The notes beneath the pieces are model-generated. The model did no database searches, was not told where the DNA came from, and was given only the letters and a program-made list of their open reading frames with translations. A stretch of DNA of 64,000 nucleotides, from positions 1,080-65,079 of the forward strand of contig JAOZOW010000006.1 of assembly GCA_029933075.1 (NCBI GenBank), written 5' to 3'. The stretch's first letter is position 1, and the number at the start of each line of letters is the position of its first letter. Positions 29,061 to 39,300 of this stretch are shown here, in pieces. This stretch comes from Deltaproteobacteria bacterium. Lineage in GTDB: Bacteria; Desulfobacterota; DSM-4660; Desulfatiglandales; Desulfatiglandaceae. The position numbers and the translations under genes were made by a program.

Positions 29061-30911
29061 ATGGCCACCTTAAAGAACAGTGAATCTCTGGACAGGCTCA
29101 GAGAATCCCTAAAAGAGAGAGGGGAGAGAGGCGCGCGATTGGTGTCCTTATGCGCCGGCTCCGGCTGTGCCGCCTATGGGACGGGAAGGGTCTACAGGGC
29201 CCTTAAAGAGGAACTTGCCCGGCAGGGGATGGAGGGAGATGTGGAGGTAAAGCTCACAGGGTGCCATGGGTTTTGTGAGAAGGGGCCCATTATGGTTCTC
29301 CACCCCGAAGGTTTTTTCTACCCTCAGGTCAAGGAAGAACAGATCCCCGAGATCGTGGAAAAAAGCATTAAGGGGGGAGAGTTGATCGAGAGCCTGGTCT
29401 TCAAGGACCCTGTAACGAAAAAGATGATTCCCTATGAGCGAGATGTCCCCTTTTACAGGCTGCAGCAGCGGATAATTTTCGGCAATAATGGGATCATCGA
29501 TCCCACCAATATTGAGGATTACATTGCCGTGGGCGGCTACAGTGCCCTGCAGAGAGCCCTGTTCGAGATGACCCCGGAGGAGATCATCGAGGAAATAAAG
29601 CGCTCTGGATTGCGGGGCCGAGGGGGGGGAGGTTTTCCTACGGGGATCAAGTGGGAGAGCTGCAGGCGGCATGAGGGAGAGCGGTATGTGATCTGCAATG
29701 CTGACGAAGGCGACCCGGGTGCCTATATGGACCGCAGCCTCCTTGAGGGCAACCCCCACAGCGTGGTGGAAGGGATGATTATCGGCGCCGTTGCCATCGG
29801 TTCCCGTGAGGGGTACGTGTATGTAAGGCATGAGTATCCCCTGGCCGTCAAGAACCTGACGAAGGCCCTGGAGGCGGCTGAGGAATACGGCCTCCTGGGC
29901 AGGGATATCCTCGGCTCAGGCTTTGATTTTGAGATCCGGATCAGCCGCGGCGGCGGGGCCTTTGTGTGCGGCGAGTCCACCGCGCTCATGGCTTCCCTGG
30001 AAGGGAACCCCGGGCGACCGAGGGCCAAGTATGTCCATACAGTGGCGCGGGGTTTCCGACAGAATCCTTCCAATCTGAATAATGTGGAGACCTGGGCCAA
30101 TGTGCCTGTCATCATCAACAGGGGAGCGGATTGGTATGCCTCCATAGGCACGGAGAACAGCAAGGGCACGAAGATATTCTCGCTGGTGGGGAAGGTTGTC
30201 AATACCGGTCTGGTGGAAGTGCCCATGGGCACGAGCCTCAGAACCATCATTTACGATATCGGCGGTGGAATTCCCAAGAAGAAACAATTTAAGGCGGTGC
30301 AGACGGGCGGACCCTCCGGGGGCTGTATTCCCGGACAATTTCTGGACTTAGGCGTTGACTTTGACGAGCTTGCAAAGGTGGGCTCCATGATGGGCTCTGG
30401 CGGAATGATCGTGATGGACCAGGATACCTGCATGGTGGATGTGGCCCGCTATTTTCTGGATTTCTTGAAGGAGGAATCATGCGGCCAGTGCACTCCCTGC
30501 CGCGAGGGGATCAAGCAGATGCTGGAGATCCTTACAAACATCTGTGAAGGACACGGCAAAGAAGGAGATATAAGTCTGCTTGAAGAGCTGGGCGGCATGG
30601 TCAAGAAGTTTTCCCTGTGCGGGCTGGGGACCTCCGCCCCGAATCCGGTGCTGACCACCATCCGGTATTTTAGGGATGAATACGAAGCGCACATCAGGGA
30701 TAAAAGATGCCCCGCTGGGGTCTGCAAGAACCTCTTTCACTACGAGATAGACCCCGATACGTGCACCGGCTGCCGTCTTTGTGCCCTGAAGTGCCCTCAA
30801 GGGGCCATCAGCGGTGAAAAAAAGAAACCTCACAAACTGGACCAGGACAAATGTATCAAGTGCGGGGTCTGCTATGACGCCTGCAAATTCGGTGCGGTGC
30901 TGATCAAGTAG
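29061..30911 (+). CDS. NuoF/HydB-like NAD(H)-binding FMN flavoprotein with N-terminal 2Fe-2S domain and C-terminal 2x[4Fe-4S]
   Basis: [23 protein letters not shown] motif, [13 protein letters not shown]3-cluster motif, and C-terminal [12 protein letters not shown] and [11 protein letters not shown]. Confidence 0.9.
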   Translation: MATLKNSESLDRLRESLKERGERGARLVSLCAGSGCAAYGTGRVYRALKEELARQGMEGDVEVKLTGCHGFCEKGPIMVLHPEGFFYPQVKEEQIPEIVEKSIKGGELIESLVFKDPVTKKMIPYERDVPFYRLQQRIIFGNNGIIDPTNIEDYIAVGGYSALQRALFEMTPEEIIEEIKRSGLRGRGGGGFPTGIKWESCRRHEGERYVICNADEGDPGAYMDRSLLEGNPHSVVEGMIIGAVAIGSREGYVYVRHEYPLAVKNLTKALEAAEEYGLLGRDILGSGFDFEIRISRGGGAFVCGESTALMASLEGNPGRPRAKYVHTVARGFRQNPSNLNNVETWANVPVIINRGADWYASIGTENSKGTKIFSLVGKVVNTGLVEVPMGTSLRTIIYDIGGGIPKKKQFKAVQTGGPSGGCIPGQFLDLGVDFDELAKVGSMMGSGGMIVMDQDTCMVDVARYFLDFLKEESCGQCTPCREGIKQMLEILTNICEGHGKEGDISLLEELGGMVKKFSLCGLGTSAPNPVLTTIRYFRDEYEAHIRDKRCPAGVCKNLFHYEIDPDTCTGCRLCALKCPQGAISGEKKKPHKLDQDKCIKCGVCYDACKFGAVLIK

Positions 30912-30972
30912 CCTCCTGTGGGTTCGAGCCTGTGGAGAGATCGAAGATGGAAATGCTCGAGGGAAATCGTCC

Positions 30973-33900
30973 ATGATCACTTTCAAACTCAATGGCCGCG
31001 AGGTTCAGGGAGAAGAGGGGGAATACATCCTTGAGGTGGCCGAGAGATACGGGGTGGAGATCCCCACCCTTTGCCATCACAAGGCCTTAGAACCGGCGGG
31101 TGCGTGCAGGCTCTGCACGGTGGAACTCTTCGACGGGCGCAGGACCCGCTTCGTCACCGCTTGCAACTATCCCATCTGGGAAGGCATGGAGGTCTATACG
31201 GATACCGATGAGGTGCGAAGGGGGCGCAAACTGATCGTGGAGCTTCTCCTGGCCCGGTGCCCTGAAGTCCCCATTATCAGGAGACTGGCGGAGGACTACG
31301 GCATTGAGGAGCCCCGATTCAAGAAAGATGAAGATGACTGCATCCTCTGCGGGCTTTGCACCCGCATTTGCGAAAGGATGGGAAACGGGGCCATCAGCCT
31401 CGCGGGAAGAGGCGTGGGCTTGAAGGTGACTACGCCTTTCGAGATCCAGTCGGATCTATGCATGGCCTGCGGGGCCTGTGTCTCGGTCTGCCCCACAGGA
31501 CATATCAAGCTGGAGGAGATCACCAAGCACACGGTTAAACCCATACCCTCCGAGTATGATATGGGGTTGAGAGGACGAAAGCCCATCTATGTGCCCTATG
31601 CCCAGGCTGTCCCCAACACGCCTGTGATTGACCGAGACACCTGCATGCACTTCAGGACAGGGGAATGCAAGATATGTGTACAGTCGTGCAGCGCCGGTGC
31701 CATCGACCACGCCCAGCAGGATGAAGCGATAGAGTTGCGCGTGGGCGCTATTATCTTGGCCCCCGGTTTTCAGGCCTTCGACCCTGGCCGGTACGAAGCT
31801 TACGGCTATGCCGAAAACCCGAATATCGTCACTTCCATGGAATTTGAGAGGCTTCTGTCAGCATCAGGCCCAACAATGGGACATCTTGTGAGGCCTTCGG
31901 ACGGAAAGGAACCCAGAAGGATCGCCTGGGTGCAATGTGTGGGCTCCAGGGACGTCCACCGCTGCGACAATGCTTATTGCTCCTCCGTGTGTTGTATGTA
32001 TGCCGTAAAACAGGCGGTGATCGCAAAGGAACATGCCGGAGGCGAACTGGACTGCGCCATTTTCTACATGGATATGCGCACCCATGGCAAAGACTTCGAG
32101 AGGTATTACAATGACGCCAGGGATAAGCATGGAGTACGCTTCATCCGTTCGCGGATCCCCGCCATTGAGACGGTGAAGGAGACCGGAGAACTTCTGGTGC
32201 CTTATGTGAATGAAAAGGAACGGGTTGTGGAGGAGCGGTTTGACCTGGTTGTCCTTTCTGTGGGTCTGGAGACCGCTGCCGAGGTGGTGGAACTTGCAAA
32301 GAAGCTGGGTGTGCAGCTGACGGAAGGTCGATTCTGCAAGACCGATCCGTTCCGTCCGGTGGCCACTTCCAGGGAGGGCATCTTTGTCTGCGGCGCCTTC
32401 CAGGGGCCTAAGGACATTCCCCAGTCAGTGATCGAGGCCGGCTCCGCAGCAGCCGAGGCAGGGGCCCTGCTGAGTGAAGGTAGAAACAGCCTTACCCTGA
32501 CCAGGGAGGAGCCGCAGGAGCGGGACTGCCGTGGAGAGAGGCTCCGGGTGGGGGTGTTTGTATGTCGTTGCGGGATCAATATCGCCGGCGTGGTGGACGT
32601 GGAAGCAGTACGGGACTATGCCGCATCCCTGCCCCATGTGGAGTATGTGGCTGACAACCTTTACACCTGTTCCCAGGATACCCAGGAGAGCCTCACGGAG
32701 GTGATCAAGGAGAAAAACCTGAACAGGATCGTGGTGGCGGCATGCACCCCCAAGACCCACGAGGCCCTTTTTCAGGAAACCATGGCCAATGCGGGGTTGA
32801 ATAAGTACCTGTTTGAAATGGCCAATATTCGAAATCAGGATTCCTGGGTGCATCAGGAAGACCCGGAGGCCGCCACGGCCAAGGCCAAGGATCTGGTCCG
32901 CATGGCTGTGGCCAAGGTGACCCTTTTGGAGCCCCTCCGGGAGGCGGAACTTGAGGTCAACCAGAAGGCACTGGTGGTAGGGGGAGGGGTCGCCGGGATG
33001 ACGGCTGCCAGGGCCCTTTCCGCCCAGGGATATGAGGTCTGCCTTGTAGAGCGGGCTCAGTCACTCGGGGGGCAGGCCCGCAACCTGTACCGCATGTGGA
33101 CCGGGGAGAATATCCAGGAGAGACTCGAGGAGCTTATAGAAGCGGTGCAGGGAGATGAAAACATCAGGGTCCACTTAGAGACCGAGTTAGGCAATGTAGA
33201 GGGTTTTGTAGGCAATTTCAGGACCACCCTGATTTGTCGGGGCAAGGAAGAGGTGGTGGAGCATGGTATTGCCGTCATTGCCACCGGCGCACAGGAGCTC
33301 AAGCCCAAGGAATACCTCTATGGAGAGGATTCCAGGGTGGTCACCCACCTTGAACTGGACCGGATGTTCATGAATGATGAATCCGCTCTCAGGGGAATCA
33401 AGAGGGCGGTGTTCATTCAGTGCGTGGGATCGAGGGAACCCGAAAGACCTTATTGCTCCAGGGTCTGCTGTACCCACTCGATCGAGAGTGCCCTCCATTT
33501 GAAAGAATTGAACCCGGATATGGATGTCTATATTCTTTATCGGGATATCCGGACTTATGGCGAGCGGGAATATCTATACCGAAAAGCCCGCCTTGCCGGC
33601 ATCCTTTTCATCCCTTTTTCTCTGGAGCGGAAGCCCCGGGTCTCATTGGGACAGGGAGCGCTGAAGATAGATATCTGGGACCCTTTGCTTTGCCAGGATA
33701 TTGTCATGAACTCCGACCTCCTGGTTCTGGCCGCCGCCATTGTCCCTTACGGGGATCAAAAATTGGCCCGAATGTTCAAAGTTCCCCTCAATGAGGATGG
33801 ATTTTTTGTGGAAGCCCATGCCAAGTTAGGGCCTTCGGAGTTTGCCACGGATGGGGTTTACCTGTGTGGCATGGCCCATTATCCCAAGCCCATTGATGAA

Positions 33901-34206
33901 TCCGTAGCCCAGGCCCAGGCCGCGGTTTCCCGCGCCGTGACACTGCTGGCCAGGCAAAAAATCAAGACGAGCGGCACTGTTGCTGAGGTCAATCCCCTTT
34001 ACTGCAGCAGCTGCGGGGTGTGCGTGGAGGTCTGCCCCTATAAGGCCCCGACCATGCGTGAACAGGGGCCTTTTGCGGGAAAGGCGGAGGTGAATCCGGT
34101 GCTGTGCAAGGGCTGTGGAATCTGTGTGGCCTCCTGTCGCTCAGGGGCCATGAGCCTGAAAGGGTTCGGCAATGATCAGATCATGGCTATGATCGCCCAT
34201 ATGTGA
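30973..34206 (+). CDS. 1077-aa fusion: NuoG-like 2Fe-2S plus 2x[4Fe-4S] N-terminus, C-terminal half of an HdrA module, then a second HdrA-like module
   Basis: [11 protein letters not shown]...[15 protein letters not shown] (2Fe-2S), then [12 protein letters not shown] and [12 protein letters not shown]. Next [18 protein letters not shown]...WVQCVGSRD...[10 protein letters not shown], the HdrA region that follows the inserted ferredoxin. Then [14 protein letters not shown]...VAACTP (HdrA N-domain), [15 protein letters not shown], and C-terminal [12 protein letters not shown] and [11 protein letters not shown]. Confidence 0.85.
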   Translation: MITFKLNGREVQGEEGEYILEVAERYGVEIPTLCHHKALEPAGACRLCTVELFDGRRTRFVTACNYPIWEGMEVYTDTDEVRRGRKLIVELLLARCPEVPIIRRLAEDYGIEEPRFKKDEDDCILCGLCTRICERMGNGAISLAGRGVGLKVTTPFEIQSDLCMACGACVSVCPTGHIKLEEITKHTVKPIPSEYDMGLRGRKPIYVPYAQAVPNTPVIDRDTCMHFRTGECKICVQSCSAGAIDHAQQDEAIELRVGAIILAPGFQAFDPGRYEAYGYAENPNIVTSMEFERLLSASGPTMGHLVRPSDGKEPRRIAWVQCVGSRDVHRCDNAYCSSVCCMYAVKQAVIAKEHAGGELDCAIFYMDMRTHGKDFERYYNDARDKHGVRFIRSRIPAIETVKETGELLVPYVNEKERVVEERFDLVVLSVGLETAAEVVELAKKLGVQLTEGRFCKTDPFRPVATSREGIFVCGAFQGPKDIPQSVIEAGSAAAEAGALLSEGRNSLTLTREEPQERDCRGERLRVGVFVCRCGINIAGVVDVEAVRDYAASLPHVEYVADNLYTCSQDTQESLTEVIKEKNLNRIVVAACTPKTHEALFQETMANAGLNKYLFEMANIRNQDSWVHQEDPEAATAKAKDLVRMAVAKVTLLEPLREAELEVNQKALVVGGGVAGMTAARALSAQGYEVCLVERAQSLGGQARNLYRMWTGENIQERLEELIEAVQGDENIRVHLETELGNVEGFVGNFRTTLICRGKEEVVEHGIAVIATGAQELKPKEYLYGEDSRVVTHLELDRMFMNDESALRGIKRAVFIQCVGSREPERPYCSRVCCTHSIESALHLKELNPDMDVYILYRDIRTYGEREYLYRKARLAGILFIPFSLERKPRVSLGQGALKIDIWDPLLCQDIVMNSDLLVLAAAIVPYGDQKLARMFKVPLNEDGFFVEAHAKLGPSEFATDGVYLCGMAHYPKPIDESVAQAQAAVSRAVTLLARQKIKTSGTVAEVNPLYCSSCGVCVEVCPYKAPTMREQGPFAGKAEVNPVLCKGCGICVASCRSGAMSLKGFGNDQIMAMIAHM

Positions 34207-34274
34207 TCGGGGCTGTGGAGGCAGAAGACACCGAGCCCACGGGGATTTGTGAGATTGATATTGTGGAGAAGAGC

Positions 34275-34706
34275 ATGCACGACTGGCAACCTAAAATCAC
34301 CGCTTTTTTGTGTCACTGGTGTAGTTACGGTGCGGCGGATCTGGCTGGTGTCAGCCGCCTTCAATATCCGCCAAATTTCAGAATAATCCGGGTGCCGTGC
34401 TCCGGCCGAGTGAGCCCCAAATTCATCCTGGCCGCCTTCCGTCACGGGGCCGACGGCGTTTGGGTGAGCGGGTGACATCCGGGCGACTGTCATTACCTGG
34501 AAGGTAATTATTATGCCAGGCGAAAATTTGTGCTTTTGAAAAATCTCTTGGAGCACATTGGCCTGGAACCGGGAAGGCTTCATTTCTCATGGATTTCTTC
34601 TGCCGAGGCCGCCAAGTTTGTGGAAGTTGCCAATGAGGTTAACCAAGTGGTGGAGGAACTGGGACCTGCGAGATTCCTCGTGAAACGAAAAGCCCGGGTG
34701 GCATGA
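34275..34706 (+). CDS. mvhD: MvhD/FlxD-like [2Fe-2S] protein with Sec
   Basis: [18 protein letters not shown]...VPCSGRV...[12 protein letters not shown](34473-34475)[14 protein letters not shown]. The TGA replaces the Cys of the G-C-x-x-G-x-C-H-Y motif. Same frame throughout; stop at 34704-34706 overlaps the next start (ATGA). Confidence 0.8.
34492..34508 (+). promoter_or_regulatory. Candidate SECIS hairpin for mvhD
   Basis: AUUACCU-GGA-AGGUAAU: perfect 7-bp stem (or 6 bp with a UGGAA loop), starting 16 nt after the UGA. Confidence 0.45.
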
Positions 34707-35656
34707 TGCTACATTATACGGAAAAAATCAGAGAGATCGCCGGGAGACTCCTGAAACAGGGGGTGGTGGACGTATTTATCGGCTACAGGAAGGGCTCGGT
34801 CCCCATGATGAATAATCCTTTATTGATTAGGGATCCCGGCAGCACGGATCTCCTTTACTGGGACAGCAATTGTGCGCTGAACCTTTGCAATTATTTGACA
34901 GGGAGGAAGGACAGGATCGGGATTGTGGCCACCGGTTGCGTTTCAAGAAATATCGTCACCCATATAGTTGAAAACCAGATCAGCCGCTCCCAGCTCTATG
35001 TAGTCGGGATCCCATGCACGGGGATGATAAGCCACAGGGCAGTGATAAGAGCGGTGGGCGGGAGGGAAATCATCGAATTTGAGGAACAGGGGGAGCGATT
35101 CCTGGTACGCGGGCGGGATTTTGAAGAGATATTTGAAAAGAATGATTTCCTCCAAAGCAATTGCGCCGTGTGCAGATATCCCAATCCGGTGCTGTACGAC
35201 GAGATGTTGGGAGAGCGTGTGCCGGGATATGAAGGGGACGATGTCTACAGGGACGTGGAAAAGGTGGAGCAGATGAGCAGTGAGGATAGGCGTGGCTTTT
35301 TCTCGCGCATGATCTCCCGCTGTATTCGTTGTTATGCCTGCAGGGATGCCTGTCCTTTATGTTATTGCCCCACCTGTTTTGTGGATGAATCGCGGCCCCA
35401 GTGGGTGGGGAAAAGCATAGACCCTGTGGACACAATGACCTTTCATCTGCTGCGGGCCTTTCACTGTGCCGGCAGGTGTACGGATTGCGGCGCATGCGAG
35501 CGTGCCTGTCCCATGGGTATCCCGGTCAGGCAGTTTACCAAGAAACTCAACAAGGACGTCCAGGAGCTGTTTTCCTGGGAGGCGGGGCTCGGCCTGGAGC
35601 AGAGGCCCCCCTTGGATGTGTACAGGCAGGATGACTACGACGGTTTTATTCGATGA
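34703..35656 (+). CDS. Fe-S protein, FlxC-like (AsrA / sulfhydrogenase-beta paralogue)
   Basis: CIRCYACRDACPLCYCPTCF and CTDCGACERACP motifs; 317 aa; translationally coupled on both sides. The B versus C assignment is tentative. Confidence 0.6.
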   Translation: MMLHYTEKIREIAGRLLKQGVVDVFIGYRKGSVPMMNNPLLIRDPGSTDLLYWDSNCALNLCNYLTGRKDRIGIVATGCVSRNIVTHIVENQISRSQLYVVGIPCTGMISHRAVIRAVGGREIIEFEEQGERFLVRGRDFEEIFEKNDFLQSNCAVCRYPNPVLYDEMLGERVPGYEGDDVYRDVEKVEQMSSEDRRGFFSRMISRCIRCYACRDACPLCYCPTCFVDESRPQWVGKSIDPVDTMTFHLLRAFHCAGRCTDCGACERACPMGIPVRQFTKKLNKDVQELFSWEAGLGLEQRPPLDVYRQDDYDGFIR

Positions 35657-36693
35657 CGGCCTATAGAGTATACAGCAAGGAGGAATGGACCAGTGCAGTG
35701 AAGGCCCTGGAGTCTCACTATCAGGTATTTGTGCCCGTAAAGGATGGGGATTTTCATCTATTCGGCCTTCTTTCGGAGGGCAAGAGGCCGGATTTTGATT
35801 TTCAAAATACGCACCTTTCTCCCAAGTCCATCGTATATCCCCAGTCGGAGCGCATGTTCGAGTACAGTCTGGACGGAGAGGACCCTGACGCCCACATGCT
35901 GAAAGAAGCGCCAAAGGATTTTTCGCCCAGGGCCATCGTCGGCATCAGACCTTGTGATGCCTTGGCCTTTCAAAGGGTCAGGGTCAATTTCGACACCCCC
36001 CGGTACCGGGACCCCTGGTGGGTGAGCCGGTTCGAGTCCACCACCTTTGTGGGTTTGGGCTGCAATGCCCCTGAGGCCACCTGCTTTTGCACCTCGGTAG
36101 GCGGCGGCCCCTTCAGCGAAGCGGGTCTGGACGTGTTACTCTACGACTTGGGAGACCGCTTCCTGGCCAAGGTGCTCACCTCCAAAGGGGATGGCCTTTT
36201 GAAGAAAGCCCTGGGGGGAATGGAGGCGGATGGTACTTTGGTGCGACAGGCAGAATCACTGGCACTCAAGGTGACAGAGGCCATGCCGGCCGTTGTTCCA
36301 GTTGATGGTTTGAAAGACAAATCAGTACTGGAACTATTTGAGGCGCCTTTCTGGGAGGATGTGGCTTTTGGCTGTATCAACTGCGGCACCTGCACCTATC
36401 TCTGTCCCACCTGCTGGTGCTTTGACATACAGGACGAGGTGCTGGGAAAGTCGGGGGATCGTATTCGCAACTGGGATTCCTGCATGTTCCCCCTGTTTAC
36501 CCTGCATGGATCAGGACACAACCCAAGGGGCGGGAAGGTGGCGCGGGTACGCCAGCGCTTCATGCACAAGCTGAAGTATTATTTGGACAAGTATAACGAA
36601 GGAGTTCAGTGTTCGGGCTGCGGGCGCTGTGTGCGCTCCTGTCCCGCAAATATTGATATCCGGCAGGTAGCCGAACTCATGAACAGTCTATGA
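35653..36693 (+). CDS. Fe-S protein, FlxB-like (AsrA / sulfhydrogenase-beta-like)
   Basis: CINCGTCTYLCPTCWCFDIQDE and CSGCGRCVRSCP motifs; 346 aa. Confidence 0.65.
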   Translation: MTAYRVYSKEEWTSAVKALESHYQVFVPVKDGDFHLFGLLSEGKRPDFDFQNTHLSPKSIVYPQSERMFEYSLDGEDPDAHMLKEAPKDFSPRAIVGIRPCDALAFQRVRVNFDTPRYRDPWWVSRFESTTFVGLGCNAPEATCFCTSVGGGPFSEAGLDVLLYDLGDRFLAKVLTSKGDGLLKKALGGMEADGTLVRQAESLALKVTEAMPAVVPVDGLKDKSVLELFEAPFWEDVAFGCINCGTCTYLCPTCWCFDIQDEVLGKSGDRIRNWDSCMFPLFTLHGSGHNPRGGKVARVRQRFMHKLKYYLDKYNEGVQCSGCGRCVRSCPANIDIRQVAELMNSL

Positions 36694-37556
36694 GTAAGCG
36701 AGCCCGTATGACCCTCGACAACCCATATTTACCCTATCCGGTGCGCATCGAGCAGATCGTGACCGAGACCGAGGACGGCAATCTCAAGACCTTCCGTCTT
36801 GTATTCTTGAATCCGGAGCACGAGGAGAAGTTTCGCTATATGCCGGGGCAGTTCGCCGAGCTTTCCATTGCGGGGAAGGGCGAGATTCCTATCGGCATTG
36901 CTTCTTCTCCCACCGAGAGAGGGTTTTTGAGTTTTACGGTGAACAGAGTAGGGGTGGTGACCGCCCATCTCCATAACATGAAGGAGGGAGATGTGATGGG
37001 AGTCAGGGGTCCGCTGGGAAACTGCTACCCCTGGGACGAGATGGAGGCAAAGAATGTGGTCATCATCGGCGGGGGCTTTGCCTTTACCACCCTGAGATCG
37101 AGCCTTGTATATCTCCTTGACCCCCAAAACCGCTCCAGGTTCAAGGATGTCATCGTGGTCTATGGGGCCAGGAGCCCGGGCATGCTTCTTTACAGAGATG
37201 AACTCTGGCAGTGGGAAAAGCGGGACGACCTCCAGATGCATGTGACCGTCGATGCCACGGATGATCCTGACTGGAAACACCACACAGGATTTGTCCCCAC
37301 CATTGTAAAAAAGGTGGTCCCATCCTCGGACAGCTCGGTGGCCTTGGTGTGCGGCCCCCCTGTTATGATCAGAAACACCCAACCTGTGCTGGAAGACTTG
37401 GGGTTTCCGCCCGAGAGGGTCTTTTTGTCCCTTGAGATGCGCATGAAGTGCGGCATAGGCATGTGCGGCAGATGCAATATCGGAGATCAATATGTGTGCA
37501 AGGACGGCCCCGTATTCTCTTTGGCCCAGCTCAAAGAGATGCCCCCGGAGTACTGA
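36690..37556 (+). CDS. FAD/NAD(P)H-binding [2Fe-2S] oxidoreductase, FlxA-like (AsrB / sulfhydrogenase-gamma / PyrK fold)
   Basis: FNR-like fold (RYMPGQF, VVIIGGGFAFTTL) with C-terminal CGIGMCGRCNIGDQYVCKDGPVF. Confidence 0.75.
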   Translation: MSKRARMTLDNPYLPYPVRIEQIVTETEDGNLKTFRLVFLNPEHEEKFRYMPGQFAELSIAGKGEIPIGIASSPTERGFLSFTVNRVGVVTAHLHNMKEGDVMGVRGPLGNCYPWDEMEAKNVVIIGGGFAFTTLRSSLVYLLDPQNRSRFKDVIVVYGARSPGMLLYRDELWQWEKRDDLQMHVTVDATDDPDWKHHTGFVPTIVKKVVPSSDSSVALVCGPPVMIRNTQPVLEDLGFPPERVFLSLEMRMKCGIGMCGRCNIGDQYVCKDGPVFSLAQLKEMPPEY

Positions 37557-37592
37557 ACCGGGGGGCAGCTTACGGCAATAAGGAAAGGTTCT

Positions 37593-38102
37593 GTGACTGT
37601 GAGCAAAATCGACCTTGATCAAGCGGATGCAGGCTTCAAAAAGGAATTGATGTCCCAGCCGGGTGGAGAGATGATCTCGGCCTGCTTCATGTGTCGCACC
37701 TGCGTGGCGAGCTGTCCCATATCCGCCGTGAATGATAGATTTCACCCCCTCAGGATCATTCGCATGGCCCTTTACGGACTCAAGCATGAGGTCCTGAGAA
37801 GTGAATTCATATGGCTTTGCTCCAGTTGCTATGCCTGCCAGGAGAGGTGCCCCCAGGGCGTCAGCATCACCGAGTTCATGACACTGCTCAAGAACTTGGC
37901 TGTAAAGGAAGGCCATATGCCTACGGGGATAAGGGCGCAACTGGACCTGGTAAAAGGGCAGGGCCGAATTTATCCCCTGGACGATTTCGACAACAAGAAG
38001 CGCGGGAAGGTGGGACTTCCGCCTCTGCCAACTTCATGCGATGTTGTGCAAAAGCTGTTTCCAGCGGAAGTTGAGGATAAGGGGCCCTCAGGCCGAGGAT
38101 AG
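37593..38102 (+). CDS. hdrC: Heterodisulfide reductase subunit C-like
   Basis: CFMCRTCVASCPIS and CSSCYACQERCPQG motifs; GTG start; 169 aa. Confidence 0.8.
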   Translation: MTVSKIDLDQADAGFKKELMSQPGGEMISACFMCRTCVASCPISAVNDRFHPLRIIRMALYGLKHEVLRSEFIWLCSSCYACQERCPQGVSITEFMTLLKNLAVKEGHMPTGIRAQLDLVKGQGRIYPLDDFDNKKRGKVGLPPLPTSCDVVQKLFPAEVEDKGPSGRG

Positions 38103-38162
38103 GAGTGTCCGTCACAGAATAGGAACTACTCTGCCGGGTCAAGTTGAATCGTTTACTCTGGG

Positions 38163-39059
38163 ATGACGACAATGAGATATGCACTGTTTTTGGGATGCAC
38201 CATTCCCGCCAGGTCCAGGAACTATGAGCTTTCCGCAAGGCATGTGGCCGGCAAGCTGGGTATTGAGCTGGTGGACGTGGAGGAATTCGCATGTTGCGGA
38301 TTCCCCATCAAGGCCAGTGACCGCAAGGCCTCTGAATTAATGGCCGCATATAATCTGTCGCTGGCCGAAAAGCGGGGCCTGGATCTCCTGACCCTTTGCA
38401 GCTCATGTTCTTCAGCCCTTACAGAAGCGGCACACAGCCTGGAGACCGGCGGTGCCCTGCGAGGACATGTCAATGATGCACTTGCAAGGGTAGGGCTCCA
38501 CTACCAGGGCCGGGCCAGGGTGAGACACTTTGCCCGGGTCCTTTTTGAAGAAGTGGGCGCGGAGAAGATTGCACAATATTTGGAAAGGGATTTGAAGGGT
38601 CTCAAGGTCGCAGTCCATTACGGATGCCACTACCTAAAACCATCTGAAATCTATGACCGTTTTGATTCCGTTGAAATCCCTGAGACTATTGAAACCCTTG
38701 TTGCCCTGACCGGTGCGGAGGTGGTGGACTATCCGGGCAAAAAGCTGTGCTGTGGAGGGCCGGTGCTCCCTGTAGATGAGAAGGTAGCCATGGCCGTGGC
38801 AAAAGAGAAACTTGACAATATTGTAGATGCAGGTGCCGATGCCATGTGCTTGGTATGTCCTTTCTGTTCGGTAATGTATGACGGTAACCAGAAAAGCATC
38901 GAATCGGAATATCAGAAGAGCTACAGGCTCCCTGTGCTTTACCTGACCCAGATCTTGGGCCTGGCAATGGGGTTTGATCGCAAGGCCCTTGGCCTGAACA
39001 TGAATGTGGTCAAGACAAAGGAACTTCTTGCCCCTTTTTTTGGTAAAGGATCAGCTTAA
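38163..39059 (+). CDS. hdrB: Heterodisulfide reductase subunit B-like (two CCG domains)
   Basis: EEFACCGFPIKA and KKLCCGGPVLP CCG signatures; 298 aa. Confidence 0.85.
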   Translation: MTTMRYALFLGCTIPARSRNYELSARHVAGKLGIELVDVEEFACCGFPIKASDRKASELMAAYNLSLAEKRGLDLLTLCSSCSSALTEAAHSLETGGALRGHVNDALARVGLHYQGRARVRHFARVLFEEVGAEKIAQYLERDLKGLKVAVHYGCHYLKPSEIYDRFDSVEIPETIETLVALTGAEVVDYPGKKLCCGGPVLPVDEKVAMAVAKEKLDNIVDAGADAMCLVCPFCSVMYDGNQKSIESEYQKSYRLPVLYLTQILGLAMGFDRKALGLNMNVVKTKELLAPFFGKGSA

Positions 39060-39300
39060 GGGTAAGATTTTAAAGGGAAAAATGGAAAGGAAGAGAGGTT
39101 TTTGCTGATATTTTCGCCCGGGGTGGGGTTTGACGGTTGGAATTTTTTGATAAAATGTTTATAATATAACGGTAAATCAGAGCTGATGGCCTCGCAGGAA
39201 GTCACAACTTCTCTTCTCCTTTGAAAGGGCAAGAGAGGCGCATGATTTTTTGCGGAAGCATAACAAATTGAAATCCCAGTCGATAGGAGAAGAACTTACG

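Noticed and set aside
30915-30940. GGGTTCGAGCC T-loop-like string in the nuoF to fusion-gene spacer
   Set aside because: The flanking CCTGTGG words are direct repeats, not inverted, and no cloverleaf is possible.
36729-37940. 403-aa minus-strand ORF
   Set aside because: It is antisense to the FlxA-like and hdrC genes, which carry clear cofactor motifs.
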